DNA from: Zygnema circumcarinatum SAG 698-1b
Lineage: Eukaryota > Plantae > Zygnematophyceae
Direction of reading: 5' to 3'
NCBI GenBank assembly: GCA_037447605.1
Contig: CM074804.1
Location: forward strand, 5,805,909-5,869,908
Length of the DNA stretch: 64,000 nt
Positions 35,210 to 49,330 of this stretch are shown piece after piece. The notes under the pieces are model-generated. The model saw nothing but the letters and a program-made list of their open reading frames with translations. It was not told the origin of the DNA and did no database searches. A program made the translations under genes and the position numbers. Numbering within the stretch: position 1 is the first letter of the stretch; each line of letters starts with the position of its first letter.

Positions 35210-36070
35210 GGTTGCTATGCGCGAAGTTAAGATTTGACGAGGTCATTGTTTCTGCAGTGCGGCGGATCCAGGCATTGGCAGCTTGCAGCTCCAAGGGTCG
35301 AACAGCACGTCTCCTTTGTACATAGAACAGAACACAACGTTGTCAATTGTCAGTCTTCGGAGGCAGCTTTCACGTTCACCCAGGGCGTATGTGCGAAGCG
35401 TCCCTGATATAGATACGTGAAATGGACTGTCACTTGAATATGGCTCTGTATCACGCTGTCTCGGCAAGAAGTATTTATAAGGCGAAGGATGGATGAAAAC
35501 TGTACGGCGTCTGTGGTCAAGTGACGGTGTGCTATGACTCGCTGCACTGTACGTATTCCATGGTGAATACGTTGTGGTGTCTGGCTTTGAACGCCATCCA
35601 AGCCATGCCCCCGTGCAAGGCTGCCCCCCGCAGTTGCCACAGCCAGCTCATGCATGGCATCCAATGCGATTCAGAGGTTTCATTCTTTCATAGCCTTTTT
35701 TTTAAACCGTTTAAATGAGACAAAGAGGGAAAAACGGAATTGGATTCAGAAGCCTCACAGGGTCCAACACTTATGAATAGCGAGCTTCCAACGTGGAAGG
35801 TGGTTTTGATCAGCAGCTTCAACGGAGCACGCACAGGAAAGCCCAACCAACAAGATTGGGTTGAACAGCCAACAAAAATGATCATCTAGCAGGCTAGGTC
35901 CGCCGACAACGTTATATTTGCCCTACGTATCAAGAGACTGGTTTACACATGTAATGGCGGCAGAGCTTGACGAGCAATTATCGTCGGATCGTCATGTACA
36001 GAAGATAACACTAAGCAGTAAAACCAGTGACCTTGTATGCAAAATTTTTCCGCAGGGACCCTGGAAACGT

Positions 36071-38110
36071 CTATTTGGAGGAGTCTGTAACGGCAGAACA
36101 AGGACAGAGCCGTCGAGTGTATTGATGTGAGCCAGTGCAGGAGAAAAGCACCTCTTGGGAATTGGAGAGACAAGCTCCAGGAAACAAATGTCTCGGAGCT
36201 GATGGAAGGACCTCTGCTGGCTGGTCCAAACCCATAGACGAAATACAACCTCCCTTGCAGGTAAAAAATTTCTGAAGAATCTCACACGAATTTAGGGCTC
36301 TCAATTTTGCCTCGTTGCACTGCGCACACGCCATGTTCATGAATTAGAAGGGAAACAGAAACGATAGGATGTGAGACATGCTGAAAGCACGCAGGCCTCC
36401 TTTTAGCAAAGGGCTACAAGGTTTTATGACCAAAGCTCACTCTTCGGCAAGGCGAAGATGGACAGTAACAAATAATCTGCCAGACCTATGTGCTCTGCAG
36501 CTGACATAATCTAACAAGCATCAAGGGCAGAACCAAATCGTTTAGGAACGAGCACTAGCAGGGTTGCACAACATTCACTAAACATACACACACGCTTATG
36601 AAATCAAGTTCTAACAATAAACTCGCAACATTTTCCGCGCAATCACTCATTTGTGAATTATTAGAGACCACGTTGATATGCGAATTGGATACTGACAATG
36701 TACGAAAAACCCGGACAAGCCTCCCGTGCCGGCTTTGCCAAGATCACGGATTGCTTAAACACATGTAATACTTCCGTTCCTAACCATGTCAGCCCATGCA
36801 TTGAGATGCCCTTATTTATGTTACTTTGCATAACATGCAAGACCTTTATGCAAGCCCAGTAAGTCTTGCTGTCAGGCCTGAGAACTTGACTAATATAAAC
36901 AAATGAACATACTGACCAGAGAAATAACACAGGATACTTCTCCAGGAACTGCACTTGTCATTCTTTGCAGGCACAGAGGACCTCATTAGTCCAAATTGGA
37001 CTCCAACGTAACGAGAAGTGCAGGTGCAGGTGCGGGGTGGAGTGAATGGAATGTAGAACCAAAGAGTCCATTTACAGATTCGGGTGAGGGAAGAGATGCA
37101 TTTATGAAAAGAAAACAACTTAGCAAGTCACATACATTAGAAAATTCAGCAGGTCCCATGTTTTTGAATGCTGGGTAAACTCGAAAAGTGCTGTCGTGGT
37201 GCATTGCGAACCGGCATTTTCAACTAGTTGACAGTGCTATTGTCTCTGACGAATTCAAAACTCCCACATTCGTTGCTGTTGCTTAATCATGTCGCGTTTG
37301 GCCTTAAATGTAAGCATAAAGCCAGAAAGCTTCCTGCCCTCATAGATGCTAGATACTGTGCACCAAACGCCAAGGCCATTGCGAGAAGGTGACATTGCAG
37401 CAGACAATACTCAAGACGACAAAACGGATGGTTTGAAATAGCGTGCAGAGGTTATGTACAGTCTTGCAAGGGCAGTGGCTCACCTGCGAGCCGCCGCCTT
37501 GGTGATCAATTACAGCACAAGCAGTAGTACAAGGCTGCCCAGGTGCAGCCACAACTATAGTGAGCCCCTCCAGACTATTTTCATCTTCAGGAGGGGGAGG
37601 CGGAGGCGGAGGGGGCAACAGACTAAAGCAGTGATGCCATTCACTAATGTATGCATTTTCATGCACTACACTCTTCGAGTTATGACGACAACGACTCCGG
37701 CAGTACTCAAACACTGAGCCATATTTTGCAGAAGAAGGCTGATCTGCCCTTAAAGTATCTAAAGCAATCTCCGACTTCGTCCTCCCTGGATGCAAACAGC
37801 AGGCAACGCAGTACTCGTATATATCGCAGCACTGTAAGGTGAGATTGCAACCGAGGCACGTATAAGGGTCGCTCTTGATAGGGCAGCAGCCGGTTGAGGT
37901 CTGGACTTCCTGTCTTGAACATACATATCCCCGATTGTCTGCCAAAAGATACTTGCCTTGCACGCTGTTCTCACACTTCAATTCACTTCCAATATGCCCC
38001 TTATCTCCAAGGCAATGGCCTCCTCCCGGCACACCCAAAAGCTGTAGCACTGCGAGTGCTGAAGAGAAGAAGAAGAGAGCGTGCACCGGTCGGGCTGCAC
38101 CGAGGACCAT
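36071..38110 (-). CDS. SPRING1/C12orf49 (UPF0454)-like membrane-anchored Cys-rich protein with extra C-terminal Cys-rich domain (2 exons)
   Basis: N-terminal hydrophobic segment, CENSVQGKYLLADNRGYVC, GCC, CCDIYEYCVACC, FEYCRSRCRHNSKSVVHENAY..HHCF. Exon 2 (36071-about 36310) reads CNEAKL..DQPAEV..CTGSHQYTRRLCPC. Confidence 0.82.
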
Positions 38111-38635
38111 TTGTCATCTCAGAAGCCACCATAGCTGCTGCATCACCATGCTGCCGAGAGCCTCAGCCTGTCCGGCAGCACCGCCCGGCCCTCCCTCCTA
38201 CCGCCATTCTTCGTCCCATGCGACTACGCCCTTCCGCCCACCTCCGCCTCCGACCGCCACTTCTTGCCAAGAGCGAGCAAGGGCCGCCATGGGCGTGCTG
38301 AGTCAGCCGAGACTGCCCAATCACGGTCTGCCACGTTGCCAACTTGATGACGTGGAAATTACTGATTGGCCCCCGCGTGCAGGCAAATTGCGGCTTTCCA
38401 CTTCGCGGAGCACCTCACGCTGAGAAGGCCGCGTGGCGCAAGGCCGCTGACTCGCAAGCTCAAAGGGGGGAGGGGACATTTTGGTTCTGCATGATCGCCA
38501 TCTTCCAAGGAGGCTTTCTGGAACATTATAACCTGATCGAATTGCGAGGATTACCCCTGTGAGGAGCACTAGGAGAGTATATTAACAACAAAAGTTAATC
38601 GTATTCCAGTAAAGGAAAGAGTGGAACTGTTCAAC

Positions 38636-41600
38636 ATGTCCGCAGTTCAAGGATTTCTGCAGTTGAATGTGCACGCTTGTGAACTGCAAAGCAATAACGC
38701 AGCGATTATGAAACCAGTCCTTTCCTCCGCAGGCTCATCATTCTGCTGTAAAGATGTATTTTTGCAACGGAGCAAAAGGCACTCTCCTAAGCATGTCGCT
38801 GGAGGCTTACACATTCACTGCACAATTGCCGACAGGACTTTTACGGACTTCCCTAAGGTGAGGAACTAGCTTAGAATTATCTTCTTGCTTGCTTGACGGG
38901 TCCGACACACTCAGGCAGGAATTCCATCCTGCACTAGCCACGACACGAGGCACTTATCCGCTGGTTCAGTATGTTCAGTACAGTTTTTGAAGTCATGCTC
39001 AGAGTGGAGAAACGTCGAGTCCTTCGTTACAGCACGAAAGCGATGGGTGGTCAACGTCACTTAGCCCCAGGCACTGAGATTGTCGTCAATATCCAAAGCT
39101 GGATGTGGATATGTCTGTCATTTGAAGTGCAAAAGGAACCTTATTAGCGGCATTTTCCCCGTTGTAATCTCTCCTGATGTATGTCCCACATAAGGGACAT
39201 TCCTCCCGTTTACACTCGTGTTTGGATGTATGTGGTCAGAGGACTACACTTTTGGGAACTACACTTTTTCTGGTTTTCATCTTTAAGGCAGCTGACTTGT
39301 GGAGCTTCCGTTGATTGAGTGTCGTGTCCAGGATTTGTTTTTTCATCACAAATTCGTTGTGGAGTATTGAAGCTATATTGGATTGGTTTGGAAGTCAGTC
39401 GATGCATTCGGATTGCTATGAAATAAGGATTACGTTTGTCTTTGAAGTTATTGTGGGTAAAGTTGATGACTGATTCTTTCCGTTGCTTGAGTGATTGCTA
39501 CAGCTTAAAGGTGTGCAACGGCCAGATTCTTTTGGCCGATTTGGTCAGTTTGGAGGCAAATATGTTCCCGAAACATTGATGGCAGCACTTTCGGCTCTGG
39601 AAACTACCTACAAGGATGTTGCAAACGACCCAAGCTTCAAGGTCAGTCTTGCCGTTGGTTGCCTCTGTTTCGTCCTGTGAGCCAGCAAAGTTGACTTTTT
39701 GTTGATTCTGTAAATATTCATGCATTGTGCCTTAAGCTTTGTAAGCTCTGCTTGTGAACTGAACTTGTAGTGTTATTGATTCTGAACTCTTTAGCTCCTT
39801 GAGTTGTATTTTTTTTCCCAGTTCACCTAATATGTTGTTTGCAGTGGAGCATTTTCAATTTGCACTCTCAACTGTTCGCAATGACATACGGCTTCATCTG
39901 TTGTTTGTGACAGAAAGAGCTCGATGGTATACTGAAGGACTATGTTGGGCGAGAGTCTCCCCTTTATTTTGCTGAAAGATTAACAGAGCACTACACACGC
40001 GCCGATGGGACTGGACCGAAGATTTACTTAAAGCGTGAAGATTTGAACCACACCGGAGCACACAAAATCAACAATGCAATCGGCCAGGCCCTGCTGGCAA
40101 AGCGCATTGGAAAAAAACGCATTATTGCCGAAACTGGTGCTGGCCAGCATGGAGTCGCTACGGCGACAGTTTGTGCCCGATTCGGCCTGGAGTGCATTGT
40201 GTATATGGGGGCACAGGATATGGAGCGACAGTCTCTCAATGTCTTCCGCATGAGGCTTCTTGGTGCAGAGGTATCGTTTATGTCAGTGTGTGCTTTTCCT
40301 GCGTGTGCCAGAGAAAACCTTTGCAGTTGATCGTGTTGGTGTTGGTCGGATTCGTGTAAGGTTGAATCTGATTCGCCTTTGTTGACATAACTCTTTGAAG
40401 TGGAAGAATTGGTCTGGTTTTTGAAAGCCCATATTGGAGAGTTTCTCATTTGTGACCTGCTCATTTTGTGTCGTCTGCTGACCATTTCAGCTCTTTCCTT
40501 TGAAAATGTTTTTTTGCATGTGCTACCGAGTATTGACGACTTCAAGACATTGAGGTCAAGCTTTCATTCAAAGAATGATCCTTTACTTGCATATGTTCAA
40601 CCATCTGAATCTCCTGTTTTGCTGTGCATTAGGTGAGACCCGTCCACTCAGGCACCGCAACTTTGAAGGACGCATGCTCTGAAGCTATCCGGGATTGGGT
40701 AACAAACGTCGAAACAACCCATTATATCCTGGGCTCCGTAGCCGGCCCACATCCGTATCCTATGATGGTTCGTGATTTCCACGCAGTCATTGGCAAAGAA
40801 ACCAGAAAACAAGCACTGGAGAAGTTTGGCAAGGCACCAGATATACTTGTGGCATGCGTTGGCGGAGGTTCGAATGCTATGGGCCTGTTCCACGAATTTG
40901 TGGAGGATGAGAATGTTCGGCTTGTGGGCGTGGAAGCGGCTGGATTCGGAGTAGCCACAGGAAAGCATGCAGCAACATTGACCATGGGCGAAGTGGGTGT
41001 CTTGCACGGAGCGATGAGCTATTTGCTGCAAGACGCAGATGGGCAGATTATAGAACCACATTCAGTAAGCGCAGGGTGAGTGTTGCTGCCGGCTACTACT
41101 AATTCTGAGTACACTTTTTTACTGAAGCTTGTAACTTGAGTCGTGTTGCACTGAAAGCAAGGAAATCTGCAACCATTCTGGACCTCAGCCAGTCGTCATT
41201 CCAGAAGCGAATTTCTTATCGGCATGAAGTGGCACGCTTTTACTTACTGTTTGACTTGACTTTTTGTTTCGAGTTGCATGGGCTGGTCCAGGCTGGACTA
41301 TCCTGGAGTAGGACCAGAGCACAGTTTCTTGAAGGACATTGGGCGTGCGGAGTACTTTGCAGTGACTGACGACGAGGCTTTGCAAGGTAAATTGTGGATT
41401 GGTCGTGATGCTGTATGTTTTATCGTACAAAAGTGTAAGAGCCCGGGGTTTCCCTTCTCGGTAAAGGCATTGAGGAGGTGTAGTGACCATCGGTCTCTCC
41501 AGGATCCTGTGTCCCATGAATCTTTTCTACTTTTTTCGGAGCGCCTTCGTGTACATTCATCAAGTAGCGTTGGCATCGGCCATTGTACTCGCCTTTTGGA

Positions 41601-41912
41601 ATAGAGCTCTCTTTAAAATGCCTCACGCTGATGGGCAATAGAGCTGAATAACTTTAGATAGACTGAAAGTAAACCCAGAGCGTCATTCCTGATGTTGTTG
41701 CCGAAGCCTCTGCTGCAGCATTTGAGCGTCTTTCAAAACTGGAGGGAATCATCCCCGCCTTGGAGACGTCACACGCCCTCGCGTACCTGGAGACGCTCTG
41801 CCCTCAGCTAGATGACAAGACCACCGTGGTGGTCAACTGCAGCGGCCGCGGGGACAAGGACGTCAACACGGCCATCAAGTACTTCAATGACCGGGAGAAC
41901 AAGGCGGCTTAG
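38636..41912 (+). CDS. TSB: Tryptophan synthase beta chain, plastid-targeted (multi-exon)
   Basis: Transit-like exon ending HCTIAD, then [39 protein letters not shown] (PLP lysine), [55 protein letters not shown]. Confidence 0.95.
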
Positions 41913-42649
41913 GCGTCCCCCCCTTGGGCAGTGAGGTCGCCTTATCCGACCTTATCTGCAGTCTAAAGGAGCAGTGCGGGAAGCAATCAGGAGGGAAGCA
42001 AGCGGGAGGTCAACGAAGACGTAATTATGGGGAATTCCAGCCAGGGAATGTTGACTTCGAATGGGGGTAGAAGTTCTTTGTACGGTGCACTGATGTGATT
42101 TTGACTAAACATTTGTGCGCCAACCTGTTATCACAAGTCACAGTGCACTCCAACCTTGGACAGCGCAACGGCCCTCAGGGGTTTGCTTTTCCCAGGGTTC
42201 TGTCATGCAGGCAATGGCTCGTAAAGTTGCCACGTGTGTGTTGTTTTTCTGCTGTACATGTAGTGAAGCATGTGTGTTCAGTCTCAAGCGGATTATGTGG
42301 AGGTTGGCCATGCGCTCTTTCCTCTACGTGCTCAGACAGCGTGCTCTATGTGCTCAGATTATCCATATTTTCGATTTGGTTTCCTAGAAGTTGTTGGTGG
42401 GTATCTTGAGGAACACAATACTGATCACTGTACATGAGAGCAGGATGCTCTCCTGTGCGCTCTATTCAAAAGGCCATTCTGTTCCCTTACGGCGAGGCTA
42501 ACTAATGAGGGTCAACTGAAGGAGGTGCCCGCTAGCTGGATTATGCCTTGCAACCACTCAGTTCAGTTGCACCAATCCAAGAACAACGCCTTGTTTTGGC
42601 CCCATGTGGTCACGCAGAGATGCTTTTAAGGGCACAGGTCAAACGTCGG

Positions 42650-42910
42650 GCACATGCCCACCATCCAGAGGAAAGACCCCTTACTCCCACGTTTCCCCTT
42701 TCCTCCGCCCTACCTCGTTGCACCTCAGACTCCTTCAAGTGGGGAGGGAGAGGCGGCTGGCCCCTTCGTGGCCGCAGCACCCGCGCTGCTCTCTTTGTCT
42801 CGCCTATCTAGCGGACTTCTTCCGCCAGTTTTCCCTCCGCCCCGTCCGTGCGGCACCTAGAGGCTTCACCCCCAATGCAGACGTCGCAGTGTGAAAGCCA
42901 CACCTTTTCT
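42650..42910 (+). mobile_element. Possible degenerate CRE-like 3' fragment (copy J)
   Basis: Encodes SRLSSGLLPPVFPPPRPCGT*, compared with GGLPPLPPRDLRGCF* in the clear copies. Followed by GACGTCGCAGTGTGAAAGCCACACCTTTTCT, which resembles the tail of copy E. Weak. Confidence 0.3.
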
Positions 42911-43322
42911 CTGCGCCGCATCCTCTCTATCCAGTGGTCCCCTTCCATAGCAGATAGGTTTTCAACATGTTCCAAGTCACATAAGCTTTCGCCAAAGTTT
43001 CTGTTAATTCATGCGGTCAATCAACGTTTTATCGCAAAAAATGTAATGTGGAACAATGCAGGTGTCGGTACAGGGGGTGACAACGCACAGAGCGGGCAGA
43101 AAACCAGCCAGTGCAGCCGCTGTGGTTAGCGACCAAAGCAAAGCAGTTGCCAGAAGGGCGATGAAAACTCCGCCTAAGCGTGCCAAAGGACATTTCAGAA
43201 CATTGAATGAGCGCCAAAACACTTCCATTCTAATCTACACGAACCATAAATGGAAGAACGAAATCATTGAAGATAAAAATTTACTGTGCTAGCATATACA
43301 CTGCCCTGGACCGCCGGGGTCA

Positions 43323-46300
43323 CTATCCAAATGTTTGTCGGATAACTTCTTTCTGGTTATCCGACAAAGCAGCTGGGAAGTCCACTGTATATGTCACATA
43401 TAGGTCGCCAAATCTTGTAGTCTCATAGATAGGCATGCCCTGTCCCACGATTTTCTGCACGTGTCCCGGCTTGGTCACGCCCTGCACCAGTGAAGCAATT
43501 GGGAGGAGTAAGTGGGGGGTGTTCTGCTGCATACGGAACTCCTTGCAAATGCAGTAAGGCTTAAAGCGAGCAGCTGCTGGTTTCTTACAAAGGTCAATCT
43601 ACTTAATCTGATATCAGAAAGGAGGGTGAGACCTTTCAACAACCCACTTAGCACATCCCACAACTCGCATGACAGGGATTACATACACTGGTGCCAATAG
43701 TCACTTCATGGCCGTCCAAGTGTTTGATGATTTTTTGAAATCCCACAAGCGCGTCCACCTGAGTATGTCAGAACAGTTCAACGTCATTAAAGTGAGGTGC
43801 AAACATCGGTGAGGCTGACCATTTGCCGTAAATTTAAGCATATTCTTGAACGAGAAAAATCTTGTTCCAGAGGAGAGAGCAGCGCAACTCGCTAGGCATC
43901 TCATCCTCTGAAGGAAGTCCAAATCAAGCTTCAGTACGGGCATATGCAAAGATGCAACGTGAATAATGAAATCTCTGCTGTCCATCCTTCCCGGCAAGCA
44001 CCACTGGGGGACAGTGGTGTTTGCTTGCTAGTTTGTTAGTCTGTTTCCTCACATGAAACACGGCGAAATTAAACTATCCAGCACAACTGGAGCTACAACC
44101 AGTCTTCTCTTGCATTTCCTGTTTTACCCTTCAATAACTTGACAATCAGGCAGGATTCAGTAACCACCATTCAGCGTCGCTGTTCACGAATCAAAAAAAG
44201 GGAACTGCACCATTTCATCACATCTTTCTCTCCTCGCAAACTAAAACCACTAATCAAAACAAACCCTATTATACAACATCCATAAGAAGCAAAATCTGAC
44301 CTGACTTCATGCATCAATAACCGCTCAGGTAAGCTACATAATCATTCGAGCAACATGCAGAATGATGACAGTGAAACCTCAAGTCACTCATCAGTACTAT
44401 ATCCAGACGAGAATCTAAGGACGTCATGCATAACATATCCGCTTCAGAACTAAATCGGGTGAGCACAGCAGGTTTTCAATATTTCAGCATTCTACATGTG
44501 ATGTGTAGTTAGTGTGTTACAATGCCAATTTGAAAGGCATCGTACGGCAACAGCACAAACACAATCAGCTAGGCAGACGGCCACTTCAGGGTGGGACTGA
44601 TAGGTAAAAGGAGACAACAGATTTCTCACCAGTGAAACAGTCATTTTAACGTGTAGATCATTCCCAACCCGAGTGAACATATCATGAGGGAGGCTTCGAA
44701 TAATAAACTGCAAACAAATAACATCAAACATCCATCACGTTCAGGGCAGGACAAACTTACAGTCTCAGCATCGTCGGGAGTTCCCAATTTCTAACAGTCA
44801 AAAGTTGAATTTCTTTAAAATCCTTACTAAATATGCTAGTCAGATTTGTCAGCGTTACAGATATCAAAACTCTACTTCACGAACAAAATGAAATTTTACG
44901 CTTCGAATGCTCATGTTTTTTTTAAGAAAACGACAAGCTGGGGACAGGTGCATCAAGTACTTCAACTCTGGCCTATGTGACTGTGCTTCATTCATTCCCA
45001 TGCACTGTTCTCAGGTATTGTGCGATCCTGGACTCACTTTGGCAGGTCACTAGCATACAAGGCACGTATTTTAGTAAGTGAGTCTATAATATCCTAATGA
45101 AGTAGTGTCTATCCAATCTACACTGCGACCTAAGATCTATATGCTCAAGGTCTCCCGATGGTGTTTGCCCTTCTATGTACGTAAGTGCATAAAAGTGGCA
45201 CCAGCTATCAGTAGCAGGCTGTATACATGATTCTACATACCAGAATCTTACATGTCTCACAAATCAACAAACTTCTGATCAGATAAGGTCTGTCATCAGG
45301 TGTAAAAAGAAGCAACGATCGCACACCTTCAGGTCACCAGGGTCGCCCTCAGTGACGGGTTCCCCTTCCTCATAAAAAACAATTTCCTGCAATGAAACGA
45401 ACCATGATGTAAGCACACGGACCAAGTTTCTGACATAGATTTCTCCCGATCGCTGCAGTCAGGGAGGGGGCGAATACAAGAGTCAAAAGAAAACAAAGGT
45501 AAACTTAGAAACTTAGGCATAGAGAAGCTATGCAAGTTGCAGGGAAAAGGTTTACCTGACCGTCCTTCATGCCTTTCTCGATATCCACAGACAATTGTAC
45601 CCCATCTCGGACGTACCTCACATTTGGACACTCCTCACAAACCTGCAACATTTCAGTAACATTATAAAGTGATCGGTTGTAGTTGAGTCCTGGCATGAGA
45701 AGGTTTCATCTCAGCCATGGCTTCTATAAGGTAGACCAGGCCATAATGGAGTCACATCGTTCCAATACTAGTTTTAGCTAATGTCAGCTAACCAGAATAT
45801 TATGTAAGTAAGGCCCGAACAACAAGACCTAGTACACAGTTTAACTCCTTTCCACAGCCTTTAATGACTGCGAAAACTGCATAATCGCGAGAGAGTGCAT
45901 ACTTGCTGGGTAAATTGCTGGTACATTCCAGGGCCGATCTGCTTTGTCACCATCTTGTTTTTACAATTGCACTTCCGTTTTCCTGGAGCTGATTGGATAA
46001 CATTCTTGTCACGCCAGAACTGCAGTACAATCAAGTACGTTAGTCACAACAATTTCGACAGCAAGTCAAGTAGTGCCGGACATTAGTGAACAGCACATAA
46101 GGGCCTGAATCATTCTCAGGCCGTCCAGCAATAACTGTACACAAAAGTTACACACTCATTGGCCAAGCAATAGGAGCAGAGAACAAATAGTTAAAACCAA
46201 TGACATGGAGAGGGTAACTCATTTAAGAAAAAAAAAATGATCTAACCAATGGGCGGCATACCATCAAAGTGTTTCCCACGTAAAGGTCCTCCAGAGTTGC

Positions 46301-48108
46301 TTCCAAATCAACAGTAACTAGATCACCCTTGGGAGTTTTCTCCTCTGCTTCTTCATCTCCACCACCAAAGCCGAATCCTCCAAAAAATCTGTGTCACGAG
46401 CATGGACGGGTTACTTCTTCCAAAGACAAAGCTGATGGATCTGGTCATGCTTAAGCATCTCGATGAATCCAAATGGACATGCATGTGATAACTTTGGGGC
46501 TTTACCAATTTTGAACGGGAATGGAGACCGCAGATGATATTCATAACTGTGCTACTATTATTGACTTCCTCTCCATACGCATGGTCAAACGGAGGTTCGA
46601 TTTGGACAAACCCTTCATGTATTTGAATGAAACGACGAAAGTATACTAATCAACAATCTACCTTTCTTTGAGCGCTAAATACTCTAGTGCATGATTGCGT
46701 AGAGAAAAAAAAAGAATTCTCTGCTGCTGTCGTTTTCCAAATAAATTGTATCCCATAAGTGATGATTCACTTTTAAATGCTCGGTTTGAACGAGACTGAT
46801 AACACCAAAGATCACGAATATGCACTGCAGTGGTTGATGCCAAGTGATTCATACTGAGAAAATATATCATTGCCAAAGCCGCCGCCTCCGCCAGAATTCT
46901 GGGCAGAATGTTGCTTCAGTCCCTCCTCCCCATAGCGATCATATATTTGCCTCTTCTCCTTGTCCGAAAGAACTTCATATGCTGCATGTCAGAGCATTAG
47001 GTGCAACAATGTCATCAAGATAGCTAAGGGGCAGAATTCACGGAGATGTTCTTTTCGCAATAAATTGCCTGCCCTGAAACAAGTGTTGCGTGCGCAATCA
47101 ATAGACAAGCATTCCAAGTTAAAGAAAAACCGGGTCCTGACAGTACAACGGACGCCGTGGATTAAGACTTTTGCTACATTTTTGCTCCTGCGCTGCTGGT
47201 TAACTTCTTGCATTCTCTTACTGCTGCAGGGCACCTCGGCAAAAAATTAGAATATGCTGCTCGTAAAACTATGATGGCATACAAAAGAATACTTTTTTGT
47301 AAATGGAATCAAACAAACTGCATGTCCTCATTGAACTGATTCCCGTTTGACGTAAGCCATCTTTCAAACAAAACCGAAAGGCAAGAACGACGGACGCAAT
47401 TGACAAAATGATAACCTAGCACACTTACGAAGTCCATACAAACAAAAGTAACGTACCATTTCCAATATCAGTGAATTTTTTGCTTGCTTCCTCATCACCA
47501 GGATTTTTATCAGGATGATACTTCAGAGCCAACTTTCGATAGGCTCTCTTTATTTGATCCTCATTTGCACTTTTCGAAACTTGCAAGATATCATAATAGT
47601 TCTTGCTGCACATAGCAGCCCACCACATGATATCAATGAGATTCGGGAGGGGCATTCCATATTACACCTCACTTGTGTTTTGATGATTTTCCCAAAAAGT
47701 TCTTCATGTGCTTTGCATTAATAGATCCAGTCCGAAAACAAAATCCTTCGTACCTACCCATTTATGAACAGGAACACAATACACTATCTAAATGTTCAAC
47801 AGGATTTAGGGTAATGGTTTTCAGGCACTTCAACTGCGAGCTTGATGTTCTCCATTGACCAGATTGCACTAAGGCTGGTTGAAAAAAAGGGTTGACGTTG
47901 AGCTAAACATTCTTCGGTACCCGGACACATTCATAGGACCATTGCTCCTATTTAGGGTTTTCCTTAAAGGTACAAGAGACGACGAACTTTTCGCTCGAAA
48001 ACAGTATCCAGAGCAACCCGTAAGCACACAGGGCATGTTGACTCACGCTGCCAAAGCCTCTAGAACTAGCAGCAAGATGACCACAATTCTTAGTTGAGAT
48101 CGCTTCAT
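43323..48108 (-). CDS. ERDJ3B: ER-luminal DnaJ co-chaperone ERdj3B/DNAJB11-like (multi-exon)
   Basis: Signal peptide [21 protein letters not shown]-domain [54 protein letters not shown]-terminal [18 protein letters not shown]. Confidence 0.92.
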
Positions 48109-48721
48109 TCCCGTCCCAGCAAGACGTGCCCTGCTCTGGATCGATAGGGCTCCCCCTGCAAGCTTTTCCGAGCACTGAGACTCGATCCTGATGTCAGTCA
48201 CGCCCTCCTCCAGCTCCTCCCACAAAATGCAGCAACTCGTAGCTCCGACGGAGCGAGAATTCCCACAGAAAAGCGATGCAGCATCCACAACCTGCGTCCT
48301 CTACAGGGCGTGCTGCACTACTGCTGCTACTGCTGTTCCTGCCGAGGAACCATCGAGCAACCCTGTTACCCCTCCCTGGAACCAACCGACGGAGGGTCGG
48401 GACGGGCAGGTGTCAGAATCTCTCCAAATTGACCGGAGCGTGGCAGCGAGGCGCTGATTGGCCAAGAATTGTAACTTTGTGACATGGCGCCGTCTGATTC
48501 GCTAATAGAAACGTCCGGGCGGTCAATTTGGGGGCAGCCCAGCCCTCGTTTCGTTGACTTCAAGTACAGAGCGACGAGCACTGTTCTGTGGTGCGGAGTG
48601 TGTGCCTGCAACGCTAACCTTTCTGTTGTCTCGTCTCAAACGAAGGGCCCGTTTTCATGTCCTGGTTACTTTCCAATTCCTTTACGAAGTTGCCAGCCTA
48701 GCCTCACAAAACAAACAAACA

Positions 48722-48800
48722 AGTTCCTCGTGTTTCCCCATGATGATTTTGTTTGTCCATGTACATTTGATGGCATCGCCCTCGTGAGATCAATGCCATA
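48722..48800 (+). mobile_element. CRE-like retroelement 3'-end remnant (copy F)
   Basis: AGTTCCTCGTG..CCCATGATGATTTTG..GTCCATGTACATTTGATGGCATCGCCCTCGTGAGATCAATGCC, the same subfamily as copy E. Confidence 0.8.
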
Positions 48801-49330
48801 TCATCTCTATAACAACAAGAGTTACTTAACAAAAGTTGCGGGCCGTCCGTTTGCTCGGCTTGTTGGAGAAAGGTTTAAGATGAGGTCGATATGTTCAGCG
48901 CGCTGAGCCAACCGGTCGTGCGGTCGGAGCAGTACGCAGCGGAAGACAGTAATTGTTTCAACAACGGATCTTCGCTCTCTGGAACTCAACTGCGCGGCAT
49001 CGTGTCTGGCTACGCGTGATCGTGTGAATGCTGCTCTGAGCACGAATGCACTTCATTCTCGCGTCGCTTTACACGCACACACAAATCATGCATGAAACAG
49101 ATATCGACAGAATCTGCCGTCACCAGATGCAGCCTGGCATCTGGCTCGCCTCATAACAGAAATCAACCACATCGAAAACCTGCTATTCCACAATGTGACC
49201 TTGTATACAAGAACCTCCCATGTAACGACAGTTGGACTATTCCTAAGACTGTACATGACAATGAATGTGCTCACGAGAAGGCAAAAACAAGATAGATGCA
49301 GCTCCTTTCCTTCGGCTGGCTAACCCTGAG

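Noticed and set aside
29890-41912. Tryptophan synthase + NAD enzyme as a Trp-to-NAD biosynthetic cluster
   Set aside because: Land plants make NAD de novo from aspartate rather than via kynurenine, an unrelated gene intervenes, and no kynurenine-pathway genes are present.
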